A stretch of DNA of 64,000 nucleotides from Phaeosaccion multiseriatum (taxonomy: Eukaryota; Protista; Ochrophyta, other classes). Position numbers and translations under genes: made by a program. This document shows, one piece after another, positions 50,401 through 63,118 of this stretch. Within the stretch, counting starts at the first letter, position 1, and every line of letters begins with the position of its first letter. Below the pieces are notes generated by a model that was not told the origin of the DNA, ran no database searches, and was given only the letters and a program-made list of their open reading frames with translations. The stretch covers positions 3,720,001-3,784,000 of the forward strand of contig OZ218951.1 of assembly GCA_965112735.1 (NCBI GenBank), read 5' to 3'.

Positions 50401-53400
50401 CTTAGTCCCACTTGACGCCGTCACGGTCAGTGATTGCCTCGGTCAGGCTGTTTGAGCTTGGTCAGTGCCTCGCGCAGGCATGTTGTGTGCATCAATGGCT
50501 CCGTCGAGGCTGCTTGGGCCCCGCAAATGCCCACTTCTCCCTCAGCGAAGGGCCAGATTGGGGGTTTTGAAGGCCATGCTTAGTCCCACTTGACGCCGTC
50601 ACGGTCAGTGATTGCCTCGCTCAAGCTGCTCGAGCTCTCCCAGTGCCTCGCGCAGGCATTTTGTGTGCATCAATGGCTCCGTCGAGGCTGCTTGGGCCCC
50701 GCAAATGCCCACTTCTCCCTCAGCGAAGGGCCAGATGGGGGGTTTTGAGGCCATGCTTAGTCCCACTTTACGCCGTCACGGTCAGTGATTGCCTCGCTCA
50801 AGCTGCTCGAGCTCTCCCAGTGCCTCGCGCAGGCATTTTGTGTGCATCAATGGCTCCGTCGAGGCTGCTTGGGCCCCGCAAATGCCCACTTCTCCCTCAG
50901 CGAAGGGCCAGATGGGGGGTTTTGAGGCCATGCTTAGTCCCACTTGACGCCGTCACGGTCAGTGATTGCCTCAGTGAGGCTGTTTGAGCTTGGTCAGTGC
51001 CTCGCGCAGGCATGTTGTGTGCATCAATGGCTCCGTCGAGGCTGCTTGGGCCCCGCAAATGCGCACTTCTCCCTCAGCGAAGGGCCAGATGGGGGGTTTT
51101 GAGGCCATGCTTAGTCCCGTTTGACGCCGTCACGGTCAGTGATTGCCTCGGTGAGGCTGTTTGAGCTTGGTCAGTGCCTCGCGCAGGCATGTTGTGTGCA
51201 TCAATGGCTCCGTTCAGGCTGCTTGGGCCCCGCAAATGCCCACTTCTCCCTCAGCGAAGGGCCAGATGGGGGGTTTTGAGGCCATGCTGGGTCCCATTTG
51301 GCGCCGTCACGGTCAGTGATTGCCTCGGTGAGGCTGTTTGAGCTTGGTCAGTGCCTCGCGCAGGCATGTTGTGTGCATCAATGGCTCCGTCGAGGCTGCT
51401 TGGGCCCCGCAAATGCCCACTTCTCCCTCAGCGAAGGGCCAGATTGGGGGTTTTGAGGCCATGCTTGGTCCGATTTGGCGCCGTCACGGTCAGTGATTGC
51501 CTCGGTGAGGCTGTTTGAGCTTGGTCAGTGCCTCGCGCAGGCATGTTGTGTGCATCAATGGCTCCGTTCAGGCTGCTTGGGCCCCGCAAATGCCCACTTC
51601 TCCCTCAGCGAAGGGCCAGATTGGGGGTTTTGAGGCCATGCTTGGTCCGATTTGGCGCCGTCACGGTCAGTGATTGCCTCGGTGAGGCTGTTTGAGCTTG
51701 GTCAGTGCCTCGCGCAGGCATGTTGTGTGCATCAATGGCTCCGTTCAGGCTGCTTGGGCCCCGCAAATGCCCACTTCTCCCTCAGCGAAGGGCCAGATGG
51801 GGGGTTTTGAGGCCATGCTGGGTCCCATTTGGCGCCGTCACGGTCAGTGATTGCCTCGGTGAGGCTGTTTGAGCTTGGTCAGTGCCTCGCGCAGGCATGT
51901 TGTGTGCATCAATGGCTCCGTCGAGGCTGCTTGGGCCCCGCAAATGCCCACTTCTCTCTCAGCGAAGGGCCAGATTGGGGGTTTTGAGGCCATGCTTGGT
52001 CTTATTTGGCGCCATCACGGTCAGTGATTGCCTCGGTGAGGCTGTTTGAGCTTGGTCAGTGCCTCGCGCAGGCATGTTGTGTGCATCAATGGCTCCGTTC
52101 AGGCTGCTTGGGCCCCGCAAATGCCCACTTCTCCCTCAGCGAAGGGCCAGATTGGGGGTTTTGAGGCCATGCTTAGTCCCACTTGACGCCGTCACGGTCA
52201 GTGATTGCCTCGGTCAGGCTGTTTGAGCTTGGTCAGTGCCTCGCGCAGGCATGTTGTGTGCATCAATGGCTCCGTCGAGGCTGCTTGGGCCCCGCAAATG
52301 CCCACTTCTCCCTCAGCAAAGGGCCAGATTGGGGGTTTTGCATGAGGCCATGCTTAGTCCCATTTGACGCCGTCACGGTCAGTGATTGCCTCGCTCAAGC
52401 TGCTCGAGCTCTCCCAGTGCCTCGCGCAGGCATTTTGTGTGCATCAATGGCTCCGTCGAGGCTGCTTGGGCCCCGCAAATGCCCACTTCTCCCTCAGCGA
52501 AGGGCCAGATGGGGGGTTTTGAGGCCATGCTTAGTCCCACTTTACGCCGTCACGGTCAGTGATTGCCTCGCTCAAGCTGCTCGAGCTCTCCCAGTGCCTC
52601 GCGCAGGCATTTTGTGTGCATCAATGGCTCCGTCGAGGCTGCTTGGGCCCCGCAAATGCCCACTTCTCCCTCAGCGAAGGGCCAGATGGGGGGTTTTGAG
52701 GCCATGCTTAGTCCCACTTGACGCCGTCACGGTCAGTGATTGCCTCAGTGAGGCTGTTTGAGCTTGGTCAGTGCCTCGCGCAGGCATGTTGTGTGCATCA
52801 ATGGCTCCGTCGAGGCTGCTTGGGCCCCGCAAATGCGCACTTCTCCCTCAGCGAAGGGCCAGATGGGGGGTTTTGAGGCCATGCTTAGTCCCACTTGACG
52901 CCGTCACGGTCAGTGATTGCCTCGGTGAGGCTGTTTGAGCTTGGTCAGTGCCTCGCGCAGGCATGTTGTGTGCATCAATGGCTCCGTTCAGGCTGCTTGG
53001 GCCCCGCAAATGCCCACTTCTCCCTCAGCGAAGGGCCAGATGGGGGGTTTTGAGGCCATGCTGGGTCCCATTTGGCGCCGTCACGGTCAGTGATTGCCTC
53101 GGTGAGGCTGTTTGAGCTTGGTCAGTGCCTCGCGCAGGCATGTTGTGTGCATCAATGGCTCCGTCGAGGCTGCTTGGGCCCCGCAAATGCCCACTTCTCC
53201 CTCAGCGAAGGGCCAGATTGGGGGTTTTGAGGCCATGCTTGGTCCGATTTGGCGCCGTCACGGTCAGTGATTGCCTCGGTGAGGCTGTTTGAGCTTGGTC
53301 AGTGCCTCGCGCAGGCATGTTGTGTGCATCAATGGCTCCGTTCAGGCTGCTTGGGCCCCGCAAATGCCCACTTCTCCCTCAGCGAAGGGCCAGATTGGGG

Positions 53401-56400
53401 GTTTTGAGGCCATGCTTGGTCCGATTTGGCGCCGTCACGGTCAGTGATTGCCTCGGTGAGGCTGTTTGAGCTTGGTCAGTGCCTCGCGCAGGCATGTTGT
53501 GTGCATCAATGGCTCCGTTCAGGCTGCTTGGGCCCCGCAAATGCCCACTTCTCCCTCAGCGAAGGGCCAGATGGGGGGTTTTGAGGCCATGCTGGGTCCC
53601 ATTTGGCGCCGTCACGGTCAGTGATTGCCTCGGTGAGGCTGTTTGAGCTTGGTCAGTGCCTCGCGCAGGCATGTTGTGTGCATCAATGGCTCCGTCGAGG
53701 CTGCTTGGGCCCCGCAAATGCCCACTTCTCTCTCAGCGAAGGGCCAGATTGGGGGTTTTGAGGCCATGCTTGGTCTTATTTGGCGCCATCACGGTCAGTG
53801 ATTGCCTCGGTGAGGCTGTTTGAGCTTGGTCAGTGCCTCGCGCAGGCATGTTGTGTGCATCAATGGCTCCGTTCAGGCTGCTTGGGCCCCGCAAATGCCC
53901 ACTTCTCCCTCAGCGAAGGGCCAGATTGGGGGTTTTGAGGCCATGCTTAGTCCCACTTGACGCCGTCACGGTCAGTGATTGCCTCGGTCAGGCTGTTTGA
54001 GCTTGGTCAGTGCCTCGCGCAGGCATGTTGTGTGCATCAATGGCTCCGTCGAGGCTGCTTGGGCCCCGCAAATGCCCACTTCTCCCTCAGCAAAGGGCCA
54101 GATTGGGGGTTTTGCATGAGGCCATGCTTAGTCCCATTTGACGCCGTCACGGTCAGTGATTGCCTCGCTCAAGCTGCTCGAGCTCTCCCAGTGCCTCGCG
54201 CAGGCATGTTGTGTGCATCAATGGCTCCGTTCAGGCTGCTTGGGCCCCGCAAATGCCCACTTCTCCCTCAGCGAAGGGCCAGATTGGGGGTTTTGAGGCC
54301 ATGCTTAGTCCCACTTGACGCCGTCACGGTCAGTGATTGCCTCGGTCAGGCTGTTTGAGCTTGGTCAGTGCCTCGCGCAGGCATGTTGTGTGCATCAATG
54401 GCTCCGTCGAGGCTGCTTGGGCCCCGCAAATGCCCACTTCTCCCTCAGCGAAGGGCCAGATTGGGGGTTTTGAAGGCAATGCTTAGTCCCACTTGACGCC
54501 GTCACGGTCAGTGATTGCCTCGCTCAAGCTGCTCGAGCTCTCCCAGTGCCTCGCGCAGGCATTTTGTGTGCATCAATGGCTCCGTCGAGGCTGCTTGGGC
54601 CCCGCAAATGCCCACTTCTCCCTCAGCGAAGGGCCAGATGGGGGGTTTTGAGGCCATGCTTAGTCCCACTTTACGCCGTCACGGTCAGTGATTGCCTCGC
54701 TCAAGCTGCTCGAGCTCTCCCAGTGCCTCGCGCAGGCATTTTGTGTGCATCAATGGCTCCGTCGAGGCTGCTTGGGCCCCGCAAATGCCCACTTCTCCCT
54801 CAGCGAAGGGCCAGATGGGGGGTTTTGAGGCCATGCTTAGTCCCACTTGACGCCGTCACGGTCAGTGATTGCCTCAGTGAGGCTGTTTGAGCTTGGTCAG
54901 TGCCTCGCGCAGGCATGTTGTGTGCATCAATGGCTCCGTCGAGGCTGCTTGGGCCCCGCAAATGCGCACTTCTCCCTCAGCGAAGGGCCAGATTGGGGGT
55001 TTTGAGGCCATGCTTAGTCCCACTTGACGCCGTCACGGTCAGTGATTGCCTCGGTCAGGCTGTTTGAGCTTGGTCAGTGCCTCGCGCAGGCATGTTGTGT
55101 GCATCAATGGCTCCGTCGAGGCTGCTTGGGCCCCGCAAATGCCCACTTCTCCCTCAGCAAAGGGCCAGATTGGGGGTTTTGCATGAGGCCATGCTTAGTC
55201 CCATTTGACGCCGTCACGGTCAGTGATTGCCTCGCTCAAGCTGCTCGAGCTCTCCCAGTGCCTCGAGCAGGCATGTTGTGTGCATCAATGGCTCCGTTCA
55301 GGCTGCTTGGGCCCCGCAAATGCCCACTTCTCCCTCAGCGAAGGGCCAGATTGGGGGTTTTGAGGCCATGCTTAGTCCCACTTGACGCCGTCACGGTCAG
55401 TGATTGCCTCGGTCAGGCTGTTTGAGCTTGGTAAGTGCCTCGCGCAGGCATGTTGTGTGCATCAATGGCTCCGTTCAGGCTGCTTGGGCCCCGCAAATGC
55501 CCACTTCTCCCTCAGCGAAGGGCCAGATTGGGGGTTTTGAGGCCATGCTTGGTCCCACTTGACGCCGTCACGGTCAGTGATTGCCTCAGTGAGGCTGTTT
55601 GAGCTTGGTCAGTGCCTCGCGCAGGCATGTTGTGTGCATCAATGGCTCCGTCGAGGCTGCTTGGGCCCCGCAAATGCGCACTTCTCCCTCAGCGAAGGGC
55701 CAGATGGGGGGTTTTGAGGCCATGCTTAGTCCCACTTGACGCCGTCACGGTCAGTGATTGCCTCGGTGAGGCTGTTTGAGCTTGGTCAGTGCCTCGCGCA
55801 GGCATGTTGTGTGCATCAATGGCTCCGTTCAGGCTGCTTGGGCCCCGCAAATGCCCACTTCTCCCTCAGCGAAGGGCCAGATGGGGGGTTTTGGGGCCAT
55901 GCTTGGTCCCATTTGGCGCCGTCACGGTCAGTGATTGCCTCGGTGAGGCTGTTTGAGCTTGGTCAGTGCCTCGCGCAGGCATGTTGTGTGCATCAATGGC
56001 TCCGTTCAGGCTGCTTGGGCCCCGCAAATGCCCACTTCTCCCTCAGCGAAGGGCCAGATTGGGGGTTTTGAGGCCATGCTTGGTCCGATTTGGCGCCGTC
56101 ACGGTCAGTGATTGCCTCGGTGAGGCTGTTTGAGCTTGGTCAGTGCCTCGCGCAGGCATGTTGTGTGCATCAATGGCTCCGTTCAGGCTGCTTGGGCCCC
56201 GCAAATGCCCACTTCTCCCTCAGCGAAGGGCCAGATGGGGGGTTTTGAGGCCATGCTTAGTCCCACTTGACGCCGTCACGGTCAGTGATTGCCTCAGTGA
56301 GGCTGTTTGAGCTTGGTCAGTGCCTCGCGCAGGCATGTTGTGTGCATCAATGGCTCCGTTCAGGCTGCTTGGGCCCCGCAAATGCCCACTTCTCCCTCAG

Positions 56401-59400
56401 CGAAGGGCCAGATTGGGGGTTTTGAGGCCATGCTTAGTCCCACTTGACGCCGTCACGGTCAGTGATTGCCTCGGTCAGGCTGTTTGAGCTTGGTCAGTGC
56501 CTCGCGCAGGCATGTTGTGTGCATCAATGGCTCCGTCGAGGCTGCTTGGGCCCCGCAAATGCCCACTTCTCCCTCAGCAAAGGGCCAGATTGGGGGTTTT
56601 GCATGAGGCCATGCTTAGTCCCATTTGACGCCGTCACGGTCAGTGATTGCCTCGCTCAAGCTGCTCGAGCTCTCCCAGTGCCTCGCGCAGGCATGTTGTG
56701 TGCATCAATGGCTCCGTTCAGGCTGCTTGGGCCCCGCAAATGCCCACTTCTCCCTCAGCGAAGGGCCAGATTGGGGGTTTTGAGGCCATGCTTAGTCCCA
56801 CTTGACGCCGTCACGGTCAGTGATTGCCTCGGTCAGGCTGTTTGAGCTTGGTAAGTGCCTCGCGCAGGCATGTTGTGTGCATCAATGGCTCCGTTCAGGC
56901 TGCTTGGGCCCCGCAAATGCCCACTTCTCCCTCAGCGAAGGGCCAGATTGGGGGTTTTGAGGCCATGCTTGGTCCCACTTGACGCCGTCACGGTCAGTGA
57001 TTGCCTCAGTGAGGCTGTTTGAGCTTGGTCAGTGCCTCGCGCAGGCATGTTGTGTGCATCAATGGCTCCGTCGAGGCTGCTTGGGCCCCGCAAATGCGCA
57101 CTTCTCCCTCAGCGAAGGGCCAGATGGGGGGTTTTGAGGCCATGCTTAGTCCCACTTGACGCCGTCACGGTCAGTGATTGCCTCGGTGAGGCTGTTTGAG
57201 CTTGGTCAGTGCCTCGCGCAGGCATGTTGTGTGCATCAATGGCTCCGTTCAGGCTGCTTGGGCCCCGCAAATGCCCACTTCTCCCTCAGCGAAGGGCCAG
57301 ATGGGGGGTTTTGGGGCCATGCTTGGTCCCATTTGGCGCCGTCACGGTCAGTGATTGCCTCGGTGAGGCTGTTTGAGCTTGGTCAGTGCCTCGCGCAGGC
57401 ATGTTGTGTGCATCAATGGCTCCGTTCAGGCTGCTTGGGCCCCGCAAATGCCCACTTCTCCCTCAGCGAAGGGCCAGATTGGGGGTTTTGAGGCCATGCT
57501 TGGTCCCATTTGGCGCCGTCACGGTCAGTGATTGCCTCGGTGAGGCTGTTTGAGCTTGGTCAGTGCCTCGCGCAGGCATGTTGTGTGCATCAATGGCTCC
57601 GTTCAGGCTGCTTGGGCCCCGCAAATGCCCACTTCTCCCTCAGCGAAGGGCCAGATGGGGGGTTTTGAGGCCATGCTTAGTCCCACTTGACGCCGTCACG
57701 GTCAGTGATTGCCTCAGTGAGGCTGTTTGAGCTTGGTCAGTGCCTCGCGCAGGCATGTTGTGTGCATCAATGGCTCCGTTCAGGCTGCTTGGGCCCCGCA
57801 AATGCCCACTTCTCCCTCAGCGAAGGGCCAGATTGGGGGTTTTGAGGCCATGCTTAGTCCCACTTGACGCCGTCACGGTCAGTGATTGCCTCGCTCAAGC
57901 TGCCCGAGCTCTCCCAGTGCCTCGCGCAGGCATGTTGTGTGCATCAATGGCTCCGACGAGGCTGCTTGGGCCCCGCAAATGCCCACTTCTCCCTCAGCGA
58001 AGGGCCAGATTGGGGGTTTTGAGGCCATGCTTAGTCCGATTTGGCGCAGTCACGGTCAGTGATTGCCTCGGTCAGGCTGTTTGAGCTTGGTCAGTCCTCG
58101 AGCTCTCCCAGTGCCTCGCGCAGGCATGTTGTGTGCATCAATGGGTCCGTCGAGGCTGCTTGGGCCCCGCAAATGCGCACTTCTCCCTCAGCGAAGGGCC
58201 AGATGGGGGGTTTTGAGGCCATGCTTAGTCCCACTTGACGCCGTCACGGTCAGTGATTGCCTCGGTGAGGCTGTTTGAGCTTGGTCAGTGCCTCGCGCAG
58301 GCATGTTGTGTGCATCAATGGCTCCGTTCAGGCTGCTTGGGCCCCGCAAATGCCCACTTCTCCCTCAGCGAAGGGCCAGATTGGGGGTTTTGAGGCCATG
58401 CTTGGTCCCATTTGGCGCCGTCACGGTCAGTGATTGCCTCGGTGAGGCTGTTTGAGCTTGGTCAGTGCCTCGCGCAGGCATGTTGTGTGCATCAATGGCT
58501 CCGTTCAGGCTGCTTGGGCCCCGCAAATGCCCACTTCTCCCTCAGCGAAGGGCCAGATGGGGGGTTTTGAGGCCATGCTGGGTCCCATTTGGCGCCGTCA
58601 CGGTCAGTGATTGCCTCGGTGAGGCTGTTTGAGCTTGGTAAGTGCCTCGCGCAGGCATGTTGTGTGCATCAATGGCTCCGTCGAGGCTGCTTGGGCCCCG
58701 CAAATGCCCACTTCTCTCTCAGCGAAGGGCCAGATTGGGGGTTTTGAGGCCATGCTTGGTCTTATTTGGCGCCGTCACGGTCAGTGATTGCCTCGGTGAG
58801 GCTGTTTGAGCTTGGTCAGTGCCTCGCGCAGGCATGTTGTGTGCATCAATGGCTCCGTTCAGGCTGCTTGGGCCCCGCAAATGCCCACTTCTCCCTCAGC
58901 GAAGGGCCAGATTGGGGGTTTTGAGGCCATGCTTAGTCCCACTTGACGCCGTCACGGTCAGTGATTGCCTCGGTCAGGCTGTTTGAGCTTGGTCAGTGCC
59001 TCGCGCAGGCATGTTGTGTGCATCAATGGCTCCGTCGAGGCTGCTTGGGCCCCGCAAATGCCCACTTCTCCCTCAGCAAAGGGCCAGATTGGGGGTTTTG
59101 CATGAGGCCATGCTTAGTCCCATTTGACGCCGTCACGGTCAGTGATTGCCTCGCTCAAGCTGCTCGAGCTCTCCCAGTGCCTCGCGCAGGCATGTTGTGT
59201 GCATCAATGGCTCCGTTCAGGCTGCTTGGGCCCCGCAAATGCCCACTTCTCCCTCAGCGAAGGGCCAGATTGGGGGTTTTGAGGCCATGCTTGGTCCCAC
59301 TTGACGCCGTCACGGTCAGTGATTGCCTCAGTGAGGCTGTTTGAGCTTGGTCAGTGCCTCGCGCAGGCATGTTGTGTGCATCAATGGCTCCGTCGAGGCT

Positions 59401-59981
59401 GCTTGGGCCCCGCAAATGCGCACTTCTCCCTCAGCGAAGGGCCAGATGGGGGGTTTTGAGGCCATGCTTAGTCCCACTTGACGCCGTCACGGTCAGTGAT
59501 TGCCTCGGTGAGGCTGTTTGAGCTTGGTCAGTGCCTCGCGCAGGCATGTTGTGTGCATCAATGGCTCCGTTCAGGCTGCTTGGGCCCCGCAAATGCCCAC
59601 TTCTCCCTCAGCGAAGGGCCAGATGGGGGGTTTTGGGGCCATGCTTGGTCCCATTTGGCGCCGTCACGGTCAGTGATTGCCTCGGTGAGGCTGTTTGAGC
59701 TTGGTCAGTGCCTCGCGCAGGCATGTTGTGTGCATCAATGGCTCCGTTCAGGCTGCTTGGGCCCCGCAAATGCCCACTTCTCCCTCAGCGAAGGGCCAGA
59801 TTGGGGGTTTTGAGGCCATGCTTGGTCCGATTTGGCGCCGTCACGGTCAGTGATTGCCTCGGTGAGGCTGTTTGAGCTTGGTCAGTGCCTCGCGCAGGCA
59901 TGTTGTGTGCATCAATGGCTCCGTTCAGGCTGCTTGGGCCCCGCAAATGCCCACTTCTCCCTCAGCGAAGGGCCAGATTGG
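41497..59981 (+). repeat. 177-bp satellite, segment 4
   Basis: Same monomer; the first ~8 kb repeats the variant order of segment 2. Confidence 0.99.
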
Positions 59982-60780
59982 TTCTCGCGGTCGTTGCGCT
60001 CAATCAAAACTGGGTACCCATTGAGAGGCCTCGCTCCTCCTCATCCAGTCGTCGCCAATGTTGGGGGATAAACTTTTCATTAAGAGTGCAGTCCTGAGAG
60101 GGACTCACCTCGGGGCACACAGTGTCTCCGGGGTGTCGCTTCCCTGACGGGGGCGAGCACGGGCCTTTGGGGGCAGCGGCTCCGAGGAGCCGCTCATCCC
60201 CCCCTTAACTACTGAGTATCTAACTACTAAGTACTAAACTAATCTAGATGGGTGGGTGGGTGGAGAAGAAAAAACCTTAGGCCAGACGCGAGCACCTGGC
60301 TGCTAGCACGTCAGGCCCAGGCTCTCAAACTTCTACTAGATGCGTGTGCGTAGCGCAAGCCCTTGCAACCGTTAGCATTGGGGGCACCTCTTGTGTTTGC
60401 AACCGTTAGCATGACACAAGTAAGCACACAGTATCTTCACCCTCACAAGAGAAGCAGTCGGGCCCTACTGCGATCTTTGCTTTCCTACACCATCAGTCTC
60501 TACTCTCCTCTCTGCTTGTACCCGCTCCCGCACCTGCCCTCTATCTCCTTCAATCACGGTAGGGTGGCGAGTACAGCAGAGCTCCTCCTCTTCTGAGCTC
60601 CAGCGGAAAATCCAAATCCGTTGTTTTCCATCTGCTGCCATAAATATATTCTATCCTACCAGCTCCCTCGGGGTCCACACACGCGCTCACGCTCCACCCC
60701 CCTCGGCTCTCAATACCCTGTTTATCCGTCGACTCCACTCCGCGAGAACAGAACTTCCGTGGCTTCGCTGCTGAAGCAGC
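59982..60780 (-). mobile_element. Non-autonomous 799-bp relative of the YR retroelement (terminal regions only)
   Basis: 59982-~60203 resembles 12380-12600 and ~60322-60780 resembles ~15064-15522, both with many substitutions. The ~120-bp middle is largely unrelated. Same satellite junctions as the long copies. Confidence 0.92.
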
Positions 60781-61815
60781 GGGGTTTTGAGGCCATGCTT
60801 AGTCCGATTTGGCGCAGTCACGGTCAGTGATTACCTCGGTCAGGCTGTTTGAGCTTGGTCAGTGCCTCGCGCAGGCATGTTGTGTGCATCAATGGCTCCG
60901 TCGAGGCTGCTTGGGCCCCGCAAATGCGCACTTCTCCCGCAGCGAAGGGCCAGATGGGGGGTTTTGAGGCCATGCTTAGTCCCACTTGACGCCGTCACGG
61001 TCAGTGATTGCCTCAGTGAGGCTGTTTGAGCTTGGTCAGTGCCTCGCGCAGGCATGTTGTGTGCATCAATGGCTCCGTTCAGGCTGCTTGGGCCCCGCAA
61101 ATGCCCACTTCTCTCTCAGCGAAGGGCCAGATTGGGGGTTTTGAGGCCATGCTTGGTCCCATTTGGCGCCGTCACGGTCAGTGATTGCCTCGGTGAGGCT
61201 GTTTGAGCTTGGTCAGTGCCTCGCGCAGGCATGTTGTGTGCATCAATGGCTCCGTTCAGGCTGCTTGGGCCCCGCAAATGCCCACTTCTCCCTCAGCGAA
61301 GGGCCAGATTGGGGGTTTTGGGGCCATGCTTAGTCCCATTTGACGCCGTCACGGTCAGTGATTGCCTCGGTCAGGCTGTTTGAGCTTGGTCAGTGCCTCG
61401 CGCAGGCATGTTGTGTGCATCAATGGCTCCGTTCAGGCTGCTTGGGCCCCGCAAATGCCCACTTCTCCCTCAGCGAAGGGCCAGATTGGGGGTTTTGAGG
61501 CCATGCTTGGTCCCACTTGGCGCCGTCACGGTCAGTGATTGCCTCGCTCAAGCTGTTTGAGCTTGGTCAGTGCCTCGCGCAGGCATGTTGTGTGCATCAA
61601 TGGCTCCGTTCAGGCTGCTTGGGCCCCGCAAATGCCCACTTCTCCCTCAGCGAAGGGCCAGATTGGGGGTTTTGAGGCCATGCTTAGTCCCACTTGACGC
61701 CGTCACGGTCAGTGATTGCCTCGCTCAAGCTGCTCGAGCTCTCCCAGTGCCTCGCGCAGGCATTTTGTGTGCATCAATGGCTCCGTCCAGGCTGCTTGGG
61801 CCCCGCAAATGCCCA
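60781..61815 (+). repeat. 177-bp satellite, segment 5 (end of array)
   Basis: Ends abruptly at AAATGCCCA; a 15-bp monomer fragment follows at 61824-61838. Confidence 0.98.
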
Positions 61816-63118
61816 TGTTACCCGCCATGCTTGGTCCCGCACTATATTGGGGCCCTTGCAGTCTCTTTTTCATTCTGTAATATTCTATATTGTCGTGCTT
61901 ACCTAGTACCGTGCTCCGTTGTCTTCGCATCGTAAGTGCTGAGTGGGGATTGAGAGTGGGCGAACGAGTTCTGGGTGATGGATTTCCGTCACGTAACGCA
62001 GGTTAAGCTTTCGCTTTTTCGAATTGCCCTAGTATGTGACGACTGTTACGAGCGTGAATAAGCTAGTCAAGTCAGTGAGTGAGCGGTGAGTGCTTATATC
62101 CAAGCTGTGAAGAGTGAGCGTTAAATAACGTGGTCTATACGACATCCATATGCGCCTTTGTACATACGTATATTGATGATTAGAGTTACTTTCGCGGGAG
62201 GTAGATGACAGAGTCGGGCACTTGCACGCAGGATTTTACTCCCTTTTATGCAGCGCCGTCATTACGGCGGACAGCCAAGTCATCACCAGCCCGGTGCGAA
62301 GAATAGCGCTCTGTTTTACCGGCCTCATCCCCCTGCCATTAGGGTTCTCTCTCCGGCTGGACGCAGGCCTACAACGATGAGAGAGTGGGGGGTGGGGCGT
62401 TCATTGTGTGCAGCAACGTGTAGAGTTGTGTCGCGTCAAAAGAAGCAGGTTTAGGCAAGACACGGGCACGGGTGCAACGGTTAGGGCTAGGGTATGCCGC
62501 GTTCACTTGCAGAGGCCTCTTACCTCTGATATTAGGCCTCCGTCTGGCGCCAGGTCCACCATTCCCTCCGCCCCCTCCCGCCCCGCCCCCACCCCCGCCC
62601 CCGCCTCCGCCACTGCCTCGGTAGTTGTGTCCTCCGCGCTCCCTCCGGGCTCGTGTCGAGTTCGGAGATCCGAAAGCCGTACTGAAGCTTCAGAAGAAGA
62701 CAGACGACAGGAGAAGAGGAGAAGATCAGGACACCAACGGTTTACGAGCCCTCCCCTTGTATTCTTACAATAAACCGACGCAGTTGACGATTCCCCAGAA
62801 CAGTTCCGCAACAAGCCCAATGTGCCAGCGCGGTTTCGTTGTCAAGGCCCCTGTGCGAGGGAAGGGGGGCCGGGGAGGGAGGAGGAAGAGGGGCGGAGGG
62901 GATTTCTTTTTTTCACACCCACTTTCAACTTGGAGGGACGACTGAACAGCTGCATACCGTCCGCGCGGAGGTAGGTCGTCATTTGGGCTCTTCGCCCTTC
63001 CTTTCCGATCCCACGGCTTGGGCTGAAGTCTTTCAATTTGAAAAAGAAGGGGGAAAACAAATTCCTTGCCTTATTCCTTTGTAACGTCGAAACTCGAACA
63101 CTGCCGCACAGAGAGGGC

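Noticed and set aside
7192-61815. Dozens of 60-250-aa ORFs (MPRAGMLCASMAP..., MTPSRSVIASV...) in the satellite
   Set aside because: 177 is a multiple of 3 and the DNA is GC-rich; the ORFs open and close with monomer variants and resemble no domain I recognise.
7192-61815. CRISPR array, or tandem 5S/tRNA/snRNA gene array
   Set aside because: No unique spacers, no cas genes, and no recognisable RNA-gene sequence or Pol III boxes in the monomer; the context is eukaryotic.
62340-62820. Small minus-strand spliced gene divergent from the Sel1 gene
   Set aside because: Plausible splice signals (GAG/GTAAGA near 62524) but only a short low-complexity peptide; not supportable without transcripts.
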